NCBI GenBank assembly: GCA_044869655.1 | Contig: JBIOXM010000042.1 | Span: forward strand, 1 to 40,315 | Direction of reading: 5' to 3' | Origin: Nitrososphaeraceae archaeon | Lineage (GTDB): Archaea; Thermoproteota; Nitrososphaeria; Nitrososphaerales; Nitrososphaeraceae | Length of the DNA: 40,315 nucleotides | In this document: positions 38,117 through 40,315 of the stretch, in pieces | Layout of the letters: each line of letters opens with the position of its first letter | Position numbering within the stretch: position 1 is the stretch's first letter | Position numbers and translations under genes: made by a program | Notes under the pieces: model-generated | Database searches by the model: none | Told to the model about the DNA's origin: nothing | The model's input: only the letters and a program-made list of their open reading frames with translations

Positions 38117-38671
38117 ATGAATGATTATAAATTCAATAATCTTATAGAATATATCCTGAAGTTAAAAACTATTAAAAGGACAGGATGGATATCCAAAGCT
38201 AAAATTCTAAAAGCTGAATCTGTTGCAGACCACAGCTATTCATTAACTGCTTTGTCAATGGTTTTTTCTGATTTATTAGGTCTAGATACGGAAAAAGTAA
38301 TGAAACTATGTATAATACATGACTTGGCAGAATCCATAATAGGAGATTATATGCCTGAAGAAATTTCTGTTTTTGATAAACATATTAAAGAAGATAATGC
38401 AATGAAAGTAATAATATCCTCTTTTCCAAGTAAAATAGCAATACTTTACTCAGAGTTATGGAAAGAATATACATTAAATCAAACAAAAGAAGTACATCTT
38501 GTAAAGCAATTAGATAAGATAGAAATGTCCTTACAAGCTAACCGATATTTTAGAAATGGTTATTCATTTGAATTTTTATCTCAGTTTTTGAAGATGGGTG
38601 GTAATATTGAAGGATCAGATTTTCAGCCTACCCTTGCAAATATACTAAAACATTTAGATAAGAATTCATAA
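38117..38671 (+). CDS. HD-domain hydrolase (HDDC2/YfbR-like 5'-deoxynucleotidase)
   Basis: LK..KRTGW, ESVADHSY, HDLAES..GD and LDK.E. Confidence 0.92.
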   Translation: MNDYKFNNLIEYILKLKTIKRTGWISKAKILKAESVADHSYSLTALSMVFSDLLGLDTEKVMKLCIIHDLAESIIGDYMPEEISVFDKHIKEDNAMKVIISSFPSKIAILYSELWKEYTLNQTKEVHLVKQLDKIEMSLQANRYFRNGYSFEFLSQFLKMGGNIEGSDFQPTLANILKHLDKNS

Positions 38672-38685
38672 TATATATTCTTGTT

Positions 38686-39012
38686 ATGCAATATTTCATG
38701 GCCCTCAAGCTAGGAGAGAAACGTGTTAAACAATCTCAGGATTTGTTAAATTTATATACTGGAAATGCAGCAATGCCTGCTTTAGCTCTGAAGGATACAA
38801 AAACAAATGTGTGGTTTCCTGTTGGAGAAGAAAACTTAATTGCTGTATTCAAAGAAGCTAGTGGCTATGTTATTGTACTTTGCGATAAAAATGGAATAGC
38901 TAAAACTATCGCACAATGGTTTTCAGAAGAAGATAAAAATAATATTGTATCACGCATCAAGAAAGACCATAATCTATCTGAATATACCGGGAAACTTTCT
39001 CTTCCAATTTGA
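38686..39012 (+). CDS. Conserved hypothetical protein
   Basis: 108-aa ORF with ATG start, tightly packed between neighbours. Confidence 0.8.
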   Translation: MQYFMALKLGEKRVKQSQDLLNLYTGNAAMPALALKDTKTNVWFPVGEENLIAVFKEASGYVIVLCDKNGIAKTIAQWFSEEDKNNIVSRIKKDHNLSEYTGKLSLPI

Positions 39013-39054
39013 TTAATGCTTAATTACCTAAAATATGTTTATCTATAGTAAAAT

Positions 39055-40315
39055 TTGTCATCATTAGATAATAATAATAATAATACGTTTAAGCAGGAAA
39101 TTGAAGTTAAAGGACATCTTATAGACTCAATGATTTTAACTAGTATTTTTGATAATATAATGGATTTAAAAGGAGAATTTAGGGTACTGGAATTCACTGT
39201 CGGTAAGAATAAAACCGATCCTAGTTACGCTAGACTTATTGTCGAAGGTAAAGATAAAAAACATCTTGATCAAATATTAGAATCTATTTACAGAGCTGGC
39301 GCTCAACCGATTTTTACAGAAAATGTATTGTTAGAACCTGCCCCACATAACATGGTCATGCCTGACTTATTTTATAGTACAACCAATAAACCAACACAGA
39401 TTTTTTATGATGGTATTTGGATAGATGTCAAAAATATTATGATGGATAAGTGTATAGTTGTTGATATACATAATAAAATAGCGGAGTGTAAAATGATTAG
39501 AGATATAAAAAAAGATGATATGATTGTAATCAAAGAGAGAGGTATACGCATTATACCTGATGAACGTCCTCGTCAGGGAGTTGACATATTTCAATTCATG
39601 AGCAGCACTACTTCAAGCGAAAGACCTACTCAACATATTATAAAGAAAGTTGCGTCTGATATTTATGAGGTAGCAGCAATACAAAAAGGGAAAATAGTAG
39701 TTGTGGGCGGACCAGTTATAGTTCATTCAGGAGCCTCACAGTCATTATCTAAACTAATAAAAATGGGATATGTACGTGGATTACTTACTGGAAATGCTTT
39801 AGCTGTTCATGATATCGAAAATGCACTTTTGGGAACTTCTTTAGGTATGAATATTGACGATGGAACTTTGGCTGTGCGCGGTCATAGGAATCATATGCAA
39901 TCTATTAACGAAGTTTTTAAAGCTGGTTCCATAAAAAATATGGTAGAACAAGGCATATTAAAAAAAGGAATTATGTATGAATGTATTAAAAATGATATAC
40001 CTGTTGTACTATCTGGTTCAATTAGAGACGATGGTCCACTGCCAGATGTGGTTATAGATATTGTAGAAGCACAAAGAAAGTATAAAGAAGTGTTAAAGGA
40101 TGCCAAAATGGTGATAATGCTTTCTTCAATGTTACATTCAATTGCTGTAGGCAATATGTTACCTTCTCATGTAAAAGTGATTGCAGTAGATATTAACCAA
40201 TCGGTAGTTACCAAATTATTGGATAGAGGAACTACTCAAGCAATAGGAATTGTAACGGATGTAGGTGTATTTCTTCCAATGGTTTTGCAATATTTACAAG
40301 AAATCAATCATCAAG
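39055..40315 (+). CDS. TIGR00300 family protein (ornithine cyclodeaminase of the LOR/SDH-conserved-domain type), truncated at window end
   Basis: Not in the ORF track. Open from TTG 39055 to the end: IEVKGHLIDS, MDLKGEF, FYSTTN, MMDKCIV, FQFMSS..SSERP, GGP..VHSG, GNALAVHDIE, GSIRDDGPLP, MLHSIAVGN and KLLDRG. Confidence 0.9.
   Translation, partial: MSSLDNNNNNTFKQEIEVKGHLIDSMILTSIFDNIMDLKGEFRVLEFTVGKNKTDPSYARLIVEGKDKKHLDQILESIYRAGAQPIFTENVLLEPAPHNMVMPDLFYSTTNKPTQIFYDGIWIDVKNIMMDKCIVVDIHNKIAECKMIRDIKKDDMIVIKERGIRIIPDERPRQGVDIFQFMSSTTSSERPTQHIIKKVASDIYEVAAIQKGKIVVVGGPVIVHSGASQSLSKLIKMGYVRGLLTGNALAVHDIENALLGTSLGMNIDDGTLAVRGHRNHMQSINEVFKAGSIKNMVEQGILKKGIMYECIKNDIPVVLSGSIRDDGPLPDVVIDIVEAQRKYKEVLKDAKMVIMLSSMLHSIAVGNMLPSHVKVIAVDINQSVVTKLLDRGTTQAIGIVTDVGVFLPMVLQYLQEINHQ

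Noticed and set aside
39367-40154. Two minus-strand ORFs near the window end
   Set aside because: Antisense to the TIGR00300 gene.
1-40315. CRISPR array, transposase, rRNA or defence system
   Set aside because: No regularly spaced repeats, transposase motifs, long GC-rich structural RNA or recognisable defence genes on manual reading.

Overview
AT-rich (visually about 30% GC) archaeal core-genome window. Gene content and order point to an ammonia-oxidising Thaumarchaeote (Nitrososphaerota, probably Nitrososphaeraceae); this is an inference, and no amo genes lie in the window. From the start it holds a his operon (hisG-D-C-HAD-B-H) preceded by a class II HMG-CoA reductase and a PQQ-type sugar dehydrogenase, a two-intron tRNA-Ser(TGA), a DegT aminotransferase, amt, a Zfx-like ferredoxin, aIF2-beta and trxA. 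These are followed by grpE-dnaK-dnaJ, a SemiSWEET, a CPA2 antiporter, an ABC1/UbiB kinase, NUDIX, NAC, a PUA protein, MBF1-hflX-trm56, sulfite reductase plus rhodanese, Hsp20, truD, two A-type ATPase subunits and ilvA. The end holds a stand-alone Lrp ligand domain, a tRNA-Phe(GAA) with a non-canonical intron, pduO, an HD hydrolase and a TIGR00300 protein. Features read by hand that the ORF track lacks are partial hisH, both tRNAs, a 56-aa classical C2H2 zinc-finger ORF and the 3'-truncated TIGR00300 gene. I found no mobile element, CRISPR array or defence island and cannot claim a clearly new multi-gene system. The best leads are the micro-protein cluster around tRNA-Phe (including the C2H2 finger), the intron-containing tRNAs (tRNA-Phe has C at position 54), the HAD candidate histidinol phosphatase, a membrane-tethered wHTH protein with an acidic FG-rich tail, and recurrent (AAT)n microsatellites.
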